Made by a program: the position numbers and the translations under genes. DNA of 34,215 bases, taken from NCBI GenBank assembly GCA_035512875.1, contig DATKDD010000085.1, positions 1-34,215 of the forward strand. The letters are read 5' to 3'. The stretch is from Gemmatimonadaceae bacterium (GTDB lineage: Bacteria > Gemmatimonadota > Gemmatimonadetes > Gemmatimonadales > Gemmatimonadaceae). Shown here piece after piece: positions 26,489 to 34,215 of the stretch (positions are counted from its first letter, which is position 1; each line of letters begins with the position of its first letter). The notes beneath the pieces were generated by a model that saw only the letters and a program-made list of their open reading frames with translations, was not told the origin of the DNA and did not search any database.

Positions 26489-27522
26489 CTCGTGAACGGC
26501 ACGCTGATGTGGCCAGCGATGACCGAGTCGCGGATGCCCTCGACGCGCTCGCGTACCCGATCGGGAATCAGCGATCGGTTGTTATCGTCGTAGACGTAGC
26601 CGACGCCGTTCTCGGCCAGGCCGTAGCTGTAGATCCCGCCGGCGAAGGTTCCCTCCTTCACGCGCCTCACCGCGTCGTACACCACTTCGTCCACCACCTT
26701 CACCATCGACGTGAGGATGTGTCCCGGTGCTGCATCGTACTGATCGGAGTCCACTCCGATCGCCAGTTTGCCCGTCTGTCGCGCCGCCTCGAACACTCCC
26801 AGCCCGGTGGAGCCTGACGCGTGAAAGATGACGTTCACACCCGATCCGTACTGACTCAACGCGAGCTCCTTGCCTTTTCCCGGATTGCGAAAGGCGTCCG
26901 GTGTGACACCCGCGTACTGCGCCACCACCACGCAATCGGGACACACGTGCCTGACGCCGGCGCGGTAGCCTGCCTCGAACTTGTGGATGAGCGGAATGTC
27001 CATTCCCCCGACGAAGCCCACGCGGTTGGAGCCGCCGGCGAGGACGGCAATGGCGCCAACCAGGAAGGAACCCTCCTCTTCGCGGAATCTGAGTGCCGCG
27101 AGGTTTGCCGGCGGCTGGACCGCGTTCCCCTGTTCATCCACCGTGAGCGCGTAATCCACGCCGGCAAAGGGAATTTCGGGGTATTCCCTTGCGAGTTGCG
27201 TAAGGTCGTCGGTGAAGATGAAGCCGATCCCCGCAACCAGCGCCATTCCCTGAGCAGCGAGCAGCCTGAGCCCCGCCTCGCGGTCAGAACCGTCCCCTGG
27301 CTCAATGAACCGCACGGCCACACCCAATTCCCGCTCGGCCCGCTCCGCACCCAGGTACGCGGCATCATTGAACGACTTGTCGCCTCGCCCGCCGACGTCG
27401 AAGACGATCCCCACGGCGAGCCGGTCGTCCGCTTCCTGGCTCACGGCTCCTTCCGGACGGACGAACAGGAGTGCCACATGCGTGGCGAGTAGGAGCGCGG
27501 CGACAATGAGGAGCTTTCGCAT
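26485..27522 (-). CDS. BMP-family (basic membrane protein / PnrA-Med-like) substrate-binding protein
   Basis: Start at ATG 27522 (MRKLLIVAALLLATHVALL). Characteristic GDKSFND motif near the N-terminus of the mature protein. First gene of a 4-gene operon joined by ATGA overlaps. Confidence 0.85.
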   Translation of the reverse strand: MRKLLIVAALLLATHVALLFVRPEGAVSQEADDRLAVGIVFDVGGRGDKSFNDAAYLGAERAERELGVAVRFIEPGDGSDREAGLRLLAAQGMALVAGIGFIFTDDLTQLAREYPEIPFAGVDYALTVDEQGNAVQPPANLAALRFREEEGSFLVGAIAVLAGGSNRVGFVGGMDIPLIHKFEAGYRAGVRHVCPDCVVVAQYAGVTPDAFRNPGKGKELALSQYGSGVNVIFHASGSTGLGVFEAARQTGKLAIGVDSDQYDAAPGHILTSMVKVVDEVVYDAVRRVKEGTFAGGIYSYGLAENGVGYVYDDNNRSLIPDRVRERVEGIRDSVIAGHISVPFTR

Positions 27523-27763
27523 GGCCGCCAAAGCTCTAGCGTGCGTCGAGAAATGGGAAGTGGCGGGAGCACATATCGAATGGTGCGACGCATTCGTCAC
27601 CACCCTGCAGGGCCTTCAAACCCGGTGAACTGAAGGCTGTGCGCCGCATTATCTTGCAGCGTCATACGCAAATCCGGTGGTTTTGGTGTGAGCAGGTGCC
27701 GGACTGGTAACCGCGTACGAGCGCCGCTCGTGACATTCAACGCGCGATCGACAGACCCACCGA

Positions 27764-29278
27764 ATGCCCACTCGAATCCGGACTCGATTCCTCGTGATTG
27801 GCAGCGGAGTCGCCGGGCTGCATACCGCCTGGCGGGCCTCCGATTCGGGTGAACACGTGGTGGTCCTCACAAAGCGTTCGCTGTTCGACAGCGCCACCGC
27901 CTACGCGCAAGGCGGCATTGCCGCTGCGTTAGGTGCCGGTGACTCGCCGGAGCTGCACTGGCGCGACACGCTGGCGGCCGGCGCGGCGCTCTGCGATGCG
28001 GATGCCGTTGCCGTGCTCGTCACCGAAGGACCGGCGCGAGTGCGCGAGCTCCACGCCGCCGGCGCGGATTTCGACCTCGACCCGAGTGGCGAATTCCTTC
28101 TCGGTCGCGAGGCGGCGCATTCGCAGAATCGCATCGTGCATGCGCACGGTGATCAAACCGGTGCGGAAGTCGCCCGGACGCTCATCGAGCGCGTGCGCGC
28201 CAGCGACCGTGTTCGCGTGCTGGAGCGGGCGCGCGCACTCGACCTGATCATCGATGAAGGGATCTGCGCCGGAGCGCGCGTCAGCGTGGCCGGCCGGCCG
28301 ACCGAGATCATCGCCGATGCGACGGTGCTCGCCGCGGGAGGGTGCGGACAGCTGTTTCGCCATACCACCAATCCGCAGGTGGCGACCGGAGATGGCTTCG
28401 CCATCGCCCATCGCGCGGGCGCGCGGCTCGCCGACATGGAGTTCGTGCAGTTCCACCCCACGGCGCTCGACACCCCGGAGAATCCCCTCTCGCTGATCTC
28501 CGAGGCGGTGCGCGGAGAGGGCGCGATTCTGCGTAACGAGGCCGGCGAGCGATTCATGCTCGGCGTACATGAATCGGCCGAGCTGGCGCCGCGCGATGTA
28601 GTGGCCCGCGAGATCTTCGCCCAGCGTGCCGGTGGTCGCGCCGTCTTTCTCGACGCCACGGCGTTAGGCGATCGCTTCGTCGATCGGTTCCCCGGCATCT
28701 ATGCAATCTGTCTTGCGCGCGGCATCGACCCGCGTCACGACCTGATTCCCGTTACTCCAGCCGCTCATTACATGATGGGCGGAGTGGTGACCGATCTGGT
28801 CGGTCGCTCGAGCATTCCGCGGCTGTACGCCTGTGGCGAAGTGTCGAATACGGGTGTGCACGGCGCAAATCGCCTCGCTTCCAACTCGCTGCTCGAAGGG
28901 CTGGTGTTCGCCGAACGGGTGGCGCGCGACATGCAGACGACCCCGCCCCTGGGCGCTCAGCCGCCCGTGGAGGCGTGGGATGTACCCCCCCTCCCCGACC
29001 GGGGAGCCGCACAGGTCGCGGCTAACGCCGTGCGCGACGCGATGTGGCAATACGCGGGTATCAGCCGCACCGCCGAGGGCCTTCGTGCCTGCCAGCATAT
29101 ACTCGAAGACATCGAGGCGCGACTTCCTCCAGGTGCAACCGAGGAAGTGAACATGGTGCAGGCCGCACGGCTCATTGCCGACGCCGCGCTCCTTCGGGAG
29201 GAATCACGCGGCGGCCACTACCGGAGCGACTATCCGCAGTCGAAGCGGACCTGGGGGGGGCGGAGGATTGTGTGGTGA
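27764..29278 (+). CDS. nadB: L-aspartate oxidase
   Basis: FAD fold VIGSGVAGL, HGANRLASNSLLEG and C-terminal ESRGGHYRSDYP. 504 aa. Confidence 0.93.
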   Translation: MPTRIRTRFLVIGSGVAGLHTAWRASDSGEHVVVLTKRSLFDSATAYAQGGIAAALGAGDSPELHWRDTLAAGAALCDADAVAVLVTEGPARVRELHAAGADFDLDPSGEFLLGREAAHSQNRIVHAHGDQTGAEVARTLIERVRASDRVRVLERARALDLIIDEGICAGARVSVAGRPTEIIADATVLAAGGCGQLFRHTTNPQVATGDGFAIAHRAGARLADMEFVQFHPTALDTPENPLSLISEAVRGEGAILRNEAGERFMLGVHESAELAPRDVVAREIFAQRAGGRAVFLDATALGDRFVDRFPGIYAICLARGIDPRHDLIPVTPAAHYMMGGVVTDLVGRSSIPRLYACGEVSNTGVHGANRLASNSLLEGLVFAERVARDMQTTPPLGAQPPVEAWDVPPLPDRGAAQVAANAVRDAMWQYAGISRTAEGLRACQHILEDIEARLPPGATEEVNMVQAARLIADAALLREESRGGHYRSDYPQSKRTWGGRRIVW

Positions 29279-29281
29279 CTT

Positions 29282-29474
29282 GGGGGTCGGGGGTCGGGGG
29301 TCGGGGGTCGGGAATGGGAATAGGGAATCGGGAAATGGGAAACGGGAAACGGGAAATGGGAGATGGGACTCATCTGAATCTCGAATGATGCGGGCTCGAA
29401 CCGATCCCGATTCCCGTTTCCCGTGTCCCGCGCCTCTCGACCCGAGCCCCGCGTCCCTCGACCCTCGACCCCCG
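29282..29474. repeat. 193-bp imperfect palindrome of tandem G-rich heptamers inside the nadB-nadA spacer
   Basis: G-rich arm 29282-29367: 4 x GGGGGTC followed by 9 GGGAAWN-type units, 13 G-runs in all. About 35 nt centre. C-rich arm 29403-29474, whose reverse complement reads CGGGGGTCGAGGGTCGAGGG...CGGGAAACGGGAATCGGGATC and pairs with the outer and inner parts of the left arm. Confidence 0.85.
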
Positions 29475-29503
29475 TCTCATGACTTTCCGTTTAATTTTCA
29501 GAT

Positions 29504-30496
29504 GTGTCCCTCCCACTACACGACCAGATTCGCGCGCTGGCTCGAGAGCGCAACGCCGTGATTCTGGCGCACAACTACCAGCGGCCGGAGGTCCAGGATG
29601 TCGCAGACTTTGTCGGCGACTCGCTCGGCCTGTCGCGCGAAGCGGCGAGCACCGGGGCCGAGATCATAGTATTCTGCGGTGTGCACTTTATGGCTGAGAC
29701 CGCGGCCATCCTGTCACCGGAGAAGATGGTGCTTCTCCCCGACATGGCCGCTGGTTGCTCACTAGCCGCGACGATAACCGCCGAACAGCTGCGCGAATGG
29801 AAGGCGGAGCATCCTGGAGCCGTCGTCGTTTCGTACGTGAACACGAGTGCCGAGGTGAAGGCCGAGAGCGACTATTGCTGTACGTCGGGAAATGCGGTCG
29901 AAATCGTGAACTCCATTCGCGCCGATCGTGAGATTCTCTTTCTACCCGACATGTTTCTCGGAGCGCACGTGCGCCGGGTGACCGGCCGGAAGAACATGTT
30001 CGTGTGGATGGGCGAGTGCCACGTTCACGCCGGCATAACGCCGGAGCACATCGGCCAGCAGCGTGCCCTGCACCCTGACGCCGAGTTTCTCGTGCATCCC
30101 GAATGCGGCTGCTCGACCAGCGTGCTCGAGGCGATGTCCGCGGGCGACGTGGAAGCGGAGGGGGTGCAGATCCTCTCGACCGAAGGGATGATCAAGCGGC
30201 CGGGACTCAGTGATGCGGACGAGTTCATCGTTGCCACCGAGGTGGGGATTCTTCACCGGCTGCGCCGCGAGAATCCCGGGCGCACGTTCCACGCGGCCAA
30301 CGATCGTGCCAGCTGCGCGTTCATGAAGGTTACCACGCTTCCAAAGGTGCTTCGCTCAATGAAGCGCCTGGAGCATCACATCACCGTCCCGCCGCACATC
30401 GCCCACCGTGCCCGCCGCGCGATCGAGCGAATGGTGTCGATAGGCGGCTCCAACCCGGCCCCGCTGCTCCCCGGCGGGGTGGATCCCGGAGAATGA
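29504..30496 (+). CDS. nadA: quinolinate synthase
   Basis: GTG start. RNAVILAHNYQRPEVQDVADFVGDSL closely matches the Thermotoga-type NadA N-terminus. Cys ligand contexts present (GCS, ECHVH, CAFM region). Confidence 0.92.
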   Translation: MSLPLHDQIRALARERNAVILAHNYQRPEVQDVADFVGDSLGLSREAASTGAEIIVFCGVHFMAETAAILSPEKMVLLPDMAAGCSLAATITAEQLREWKAEHPGAVVVSYVNTSAEVKAESDYCCTSGNAVEIVNSIRADREILFLPDMFLGAHVRRVTGRKNMFVWMGECHVHAGITPEHIGQQRALHPDAEFLVHPECGCSTSVLEAMSAGDVEAEGVQILSTEGMIKRPGLSDADEFIVATEVGILHRLRRENPGRTFHAANDRASCAFMKVTTLPKVLRSMKRLEHHITVPPHIAHRARRAIERMVSIGGSNPAPLLPGGVDPGE

Positions 30497-31416
30497 CTCG
30501 CTCCTCCAGAACGGTTCGCAACACGCCTAGCGACCAGCAGCTCGTCGTCGATGGCGATCCGCAGCGCTTTCCGCTGCGGCAGGCCCAGCTGGACTCGGTG
30601 GTACGCGCGGCGCTGAAGGAAGACCACGCGTTCGACGACATCACGACCATCGCCACGGTGGCGTCCAATCGCCGGGCGCGCGGGATGATCGTCGCTCGCG
30701 CCCAGGGGATCATAGCCGGAACGCCGCTCGCGCTCGCCGCGTTCCGCATCCTCGATCCGAAAGTCGTCGTGCGCGTCGATGTGACGGATGGCGGGGTTGT
30801 CGAGCCCGGCACGCCGATCATGTTCATTTCCGGTCACGCCCGGTCGCTCCTGTCCAGCGAGCGCGTCGCGCTCAATTTCATGCAGCGACTGTCCGGCATC
30901 GCGACGCTCACGTCGCGTTACGTCAGCAAAGTCGCGGGTACCCGTGCGCGCATCTTCGACACGCGCAAAACGACACCGGGGTGGCGGCTGCTCGAAAAGT
31001 ACGCTGTGAGGTGCGGCGGAGGGATGAACCACCGGCTCGACCTGTCCGATGCGATACTCATCAAGGACAACCACCTGGCCGCACTCGGCGGCAACATCAG
31101 TCTCGCGCTGAAGCGAGTGCGCAGGCTCGCTCCCGAGGGCGCGCGCATCGAAATCGAGTGCGAGCGCATAGAGCAAGTCCGCCAGGCGCTGGACGCTGGT
31201 GCCGATGTGGTGCTGCTGGACAACATGGCGCCGGATGAGCTGCGGGAATGCGTCGCTCTTGCGCAGGGGCGCGCGCTCACCGAGGCGTCAGGCGGAATCA
31301 ACCTTCAAACGGTACGACGCGTCGCCGAGACCGGAGTGGACTGGATCTCCATTGGAGCGTTGACCCACTCGGCCATCTCGCTCGACATCGCACTGGACTT
31401 CGAAACCGTCCGATGA
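30493..31416 (+). CDS. nadC: nicotinate-nucleotide pyrophosphorylase (quinolinate phosphoribosyltransferase)
   Basis: ATGA overlap with nadA. Typical motifs RKTTPGWR, LIKDNHLAA and SGGINL. 307 aa. Confidence 0.92.
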   Translation: MTRSSRTVRNTPSDQQLVVDGDPQRFPLRQAQLDSVVRAALKEDHAFDDITTIATVASNRRARGMIVARAQGIIAGTPLALAAFRILDPKVVVRVDVTDGGVVEPGTPIMFISGHARSLLSSERVALNFMQRLSGIATLTSRYVSKVAGTRARIFDTRKTTPGWRLLEKYAVRCGGGMNHRLDLSDAILIKDNHLAALGGNISLALKRVRRLAPEGARIEIECERIEQVRQALDAGADVVLLDNMAPDELRECVALAQGRALTEASGGINLQTVRRVAETGVDWISIGALTHSAISLDIALDFETVR

Positions 31417-32087
31417 ACGAGATGGCCGCGCTCATCGTAACCGCCGTCATCCTCGGCGCCCAACATACGCTGGCGCCGGATCACGTCGCGGCCGTCTCGG
31501 TGTTTGCCAGCCAGCGCCCGTCATGGCAACGGGCGCTGGGACTGGGTGCGCGGTGGGGGGTCGGACATTCGCTCACGATCGTGCTGCTCGGGAGCGCGCT
31601 CGTCCTGTCCGGGGCCCACATACCGCTGGCCTGGGAATCGTCCATCGAGCGGTTGGTTGGCGTCGCCCTCGTGCTCGTCGGCTGCGCGAGCATCTGGCGC
31701 GCGGCGCGATCGCCGCGCCGGTGGCACGAACACGACGGCGTAAGGCATGCACATCCGCCCATGGTGCGCGGCGCGCGGCACGATCGCGATCATCGCGCAC
31801 TGCTCGGCATCGGCATGCTGCACGGCGTCGCCGGCACCGGGGCCCTCGTCATTGCAATACCGCTCGCCGCGGCAGGCTCACCGGCGCGATCGATGATGTT
31901 TCTCGCCTCTTTCGGCATCGGTACCATCGTCGCGATGTCGGTCTTCGCAGCCGCCGCCGGCGCTGTGTTCGGCCGCGCGGCCCGGCGTTCGGCGGCGATG
32001 GAGCGCGGGTTGGGGTTTGCCGCCGGCGCCGGCAGCGTCCTCGTCGGCGTGTGGTGGTGGGCCGCCGCCGCCGGCGCGACTCCCTAA
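31413..32087 (+). CDS. NicO/UreH-like metal (Ni/Co-type) transporter with His-rich loop
   Basis: ATG 31413 overlaps the nadC stop (ATGA). About 6 TM. HX4DH signature (QHTLAPDH) in the first helix. Central loop RRWHEHDGVRHAHPPMVRGARHDRDH. Confidence 0.7.
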   Translation: MNEMAALIVTAVILGAQHTLAPDHVAAVSVFASQRPSWQRALGLGARWGVGHSLTIVLLGSALVLSGAHIPLAWESSIERLVGVALVLVGCASIWRAARSPRRWHEHDGVRHAHPPMVRGARHDRDHRALLGIGMLHGVAGTGALVIAIPLAAAGSPARSMMFLASFGIGTIVAMSVFAAAAGAVFGRAARRSAAMERGLGFAAGAGSVLVGVWWWAAAAGATP

Positions 32088-32114
32088 CGAGCGCGAGCTC
32101 CATGCCTGCCGGTG

Positions 32115-34205
32115 TCAGCGCAATCCTGCAGCGCGCTCCAACTGCTCGCCCAATTCTTCGGGGTTGGTTACCGGTGCATCGCAGGAATGGCTGCGGCAGA
32201 CATATGCCGTGGCGTGCCCGTCGCGCGCGACCCGTCCCTCGAGGAGGGCCGGCACTTCAGCGTCCGCCGCGCCGCCGGCCAGCACCAGCGCCGGCAGATA
32301 CCGCCGGGCGGTTTCGCGCGCCAATGCCTGAAAGTCCGGCGATTCGGGGTTGCCGGCGATCGCCACTTCGACCGCGCCGAATGCGGCCAGCTCCGCCGCG
32401 CCAAGCAGGTGGCCGAAGGCGGTAGGGTGCCGCGGCATTGGATCGGCCAGCGTTTCACAAACGAACACCGCGCGCCTCCGCAGCTCCGCATCGGCGGTGA
32501 GCTCCGCCACCCGCAGCAGCAGCTCGACGGCGAGCGACGTACCTGACGGAACCGCGTTGTCGGTGATCTCGCGTGGGCGTGTGATCAGCGCCTCGTGATC
32601 GCTGGCGGTGTCGAAGAACGCGTTCGCCTCGTCGTCCCAGAACCACTCTACCGCCGCGTGCGCCAGTGCGACCGCTCGCCGCATCCATTCCGGATCGAAT
32701 GTAAGCTCGTACATCCCTAACGCGGCGAGGCCGGTTGCCGCATGGTCCTCGAGCATGCCGTTGATGCGGGTCACCCCGTCCTTGTGCACCCGAAACACCC
32801 GGTCGTCGCGCACCAATTCCCGAAACAGGAACTCAGCGTTGGCGAGAGCGAGCTCGCGGGCCTGCGGGTGCTCGAGTGTGCGCGCCACTTCGGCCAGCGC
32901 TCGCAGCATCAGCGCGTTCCACCCGGCCAGGATCTTCTCGTCGCGTGCGGGCCAGATCCGCTTGGCACGCGCCGCGTACAACGTCTCGCGAATGCGCACG
33001 AGTTGCTCGTGCAGCACCTCGGCCGGTACTCCCTCGCGGGCGGCAACGACCGCAGCATCGTCGGTGACGTACAGAATGTTCTGCCCCTCGAAGTTTCCAG
33101 TCTTGGTCACGCCGTAGTACGAGATTGCCCGCCTGGCCAGCTCGCGTCCCAGCAGCTCGTGCAGTTCGTCTTCAGTCCAGAGGTAGAACAGCCCTTCTTC
33201 ACCCTCGCTGTCGGCGTCCAGTGAGGCAAAGAAGCCGCCCGACGGCGACGTCATCTCGCGGCCCACCCACGCAACCGTCTCGTCGACAACCCTCCGGATC
33301 TCCGGACTGCCCGTTGCCTGACACAGGTGCGCACCCAAACGGAGCAGCAGCGCGTTGTCGTACAACATCTTCTCGAAATGCGGCACCAGCCATTGCGCAT
33401 CCACCGAGTACCGGGCAAAACCGCCGCCGATCTGATCGTAAATGCCCCCGCGCGCCATCGAGCGAAAGGAATTGGCGGCGATCTCCAGCGCTCGCCCGTT
33501 GCCCGTGCGCCGCCAATGGCGGAGCAGAAAATCCAGCGCCATGGTCTGTGGAAACTTCGGCGCCCCCTCGAAGCCGCCGTAGCGGGAGTCGTAGCGCTGA
33601 GCCAACTCGCGGAACGCCTTCTCGAATAGCGGCGCGTCCAGCGCGCCCGAAGGACCCATTGCCTGCTGCGCTACCTCGTAGATCCTCCGGAGCTGCGTTG
33701 CGCCCTGCTCCACCTCGCTGCGACGGTGTCGATAGGCGTCGGCCACGGCGTTGAGCACGCGCGGAAATGCCGGGAGCCCATGCCGGTCCTCCGGCGGGAA
33801 GTACGTCCCTCCGTAGAACGGCGATCCATCGGGGGTGAGGAACACCGTCATCGGCCACCCACCGTGTCCGGTCAGCGCCTGCACGGCGGCCATGTAAATG
33901 GCGTCGACATCGGGGCGTTCCTCGCGATCCACCTTTACGTTCACGAACAGCCGGTTCATCGTTTCGGCGATCTCCGCGTGCTCGAACGACTCGCGCTCCA
34001 TCACGTGGCACCAGTGACAGGCCGAGTAGCCCACGCTGAGGAGGATCGGTTTCTCTTCCTGCCGCGCGTGCGCGAATGCCTCGTCGCCCCAGGGGAACCA
34101 GTCCACTGGATTGTGCGCGTGCTGCAGCAGGTACGGGCTCGTCTCACCGGCCAACCGGTTGGACGCGCGCCCGGCGCTGGTCGGTCGCTTGTGTGGTGAC
34201 GGCAT
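32115..34205 (-). CDS. YyaL/SSP411-like thioredoxin-domain protein (DUF255 plus six-hairpin glycosidase-like domain)
   Basis: 696 aa. N-terminal [13 protein letters not shown]...[14 protein letters not shown] is the family signature. Confidence 0.88.
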   Translation of the reverse strand: MPSPHKRPTSAGRASNRLAGETSPYLLQHAHNPVDWFPWGDEAFAHARQEEKPILLSVGYSACHWCHVMERESFEHAEIAETMNRLFVNVKVDREERPDVDAIYMAAVQALTGHGGWPMTVFLTPDGSPFYGGTYFPPEDRHGLPAFPRVLNAVADAYRHRRSEVEQGATQLRRIYEVAQQAMGPSGALDAPLFEKAFRELAQRYDSRYGGFEGAPKFPQTMALDFLLRHWRRTGNGRALEIAANSFRSMARGGIYDQIGGGFARYSVDAQWLVPHFEKMLYDNALLLRLGAHLCQATGSPEIRRVVDETVAWVGREMTSPSGGFFASLDADSEGEEGLFYLWTEDELHELLGRELARRAISYYGVTKTGNFEGQNILYVTDDAAVVAAREGVPAEVLHEQLVRIRETLYAARAKRIWPARDEKILAGWNALMLRALAEVARTLEHPQARELALANAEFLFRELVRDDRVFRVHKDGVTRINGMLEDHAATGLAALGMYELTFDPEWMRRAVALAHAAVEWFWDDEANAFFDTASDHEALITRPREITDNAVPSGTSLAVELLLRVAELTADAELRRRAVFVCETLADPMPRHPTAFGHLLGAAELAAFGAVEVAIAGNPESPDFQALARETARRYLPALVLAGGAADAEVPALLEGRVARDGHATAYVCRSHSCDAPVTNPEELGEQLERAAGLR

Positions 34206-34215
34206 GATGGGTGAT

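Noticed and set aside
27650-27763. Possible NAD+ riboswitch (nadA motif) or other leader structure upstream of nadB
   Set aside because: I see only a 5-bp pairing, CATTC...GAATG, that would include the nadB ATG, and a 7-bp hairpin at 27612-27637. I cannot match the riboswitch consensus from memory. A covariance-model search would be needed; it is not supportable by eye.
29282-29367. Possible CRISPR array
   Set aside because: Units are 6-7 nt and directly tandem with no spacers, and the opposite arm is their complement. No cas genes are present.
29175-29561. ORFs translating the repeat arrays into GNGKRETGNG-like peptides (also 29044-29388 and 2291-2521)
   Set aside because: They are simply readings of the tandem GGGAAWN units and their complements. 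They have no start context and overlap the nadB end or nadA start.
1-34215. Mobile elements, prophage, genomic-island boundaries, tRNA/rRNA genes
   Set aside because: I recognised no transposase, integrase or recombinase-like ORF, no terminal inverted repeats flanking a gene set, no tRNA-like cloverleaf in the spacers, and no obvious compositional break. The window reads as core chromosome.

Overview
High-GC (about two-thirds G+C by eye) bacterial chromosomal window, densely packed with about 31 protein genes on both strands. Most are housekeeping or transport genes. In order: the end of an M16 peptidase pair, a hypothetical membrane protein, and the split transhydrogenase operon pntAA-pntAB-pntB. 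Next come a four-gene uncharacterised envelope cluster, a lone type IV pilin, a soluble PAS-GAF histidine kinase and sucA. They are followed by a secreted PIG-L/LmbE deacetylase coupled to an Fbp-like ABC importer, then NDH-2, an MFS transporter and a BMP-family ABC importer. The window ends with nadB-nadA-nadC plus a NicO-like metal transporter, and a YyaL-like thioredoxin-domain protein. Many neighbours overlap by 4 bp (ATGA/GTGA), which supports operon calls. I see no rRNA, tRNA, CRISPR array, transposase, integrase or phage genes, and no compact defence-like or obviously novel multi-gene protein system. The unusual signals are at the DNA level. (1) An asymmetric heptamer CGTYAGG/CCTRACG (extended GGCGTYAGGC) is several-fold over-represented on both strands. 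It is made with otherwise rare codons: 11 of the 14 in-frame TTA codons I found are followed by GG. (2) Long imperfect palindromes built from tandem G-rich 6-7 nt units (GGGAAWN, GGGGGTC, GGGACGA) occupy three intergenic spacers, one inside the nadB-nadA operon. (3) The pilin gene has a coherent sigma-54-type promoter layout. All counts are hand counts and all family assignments come from motif recognition, not searches.
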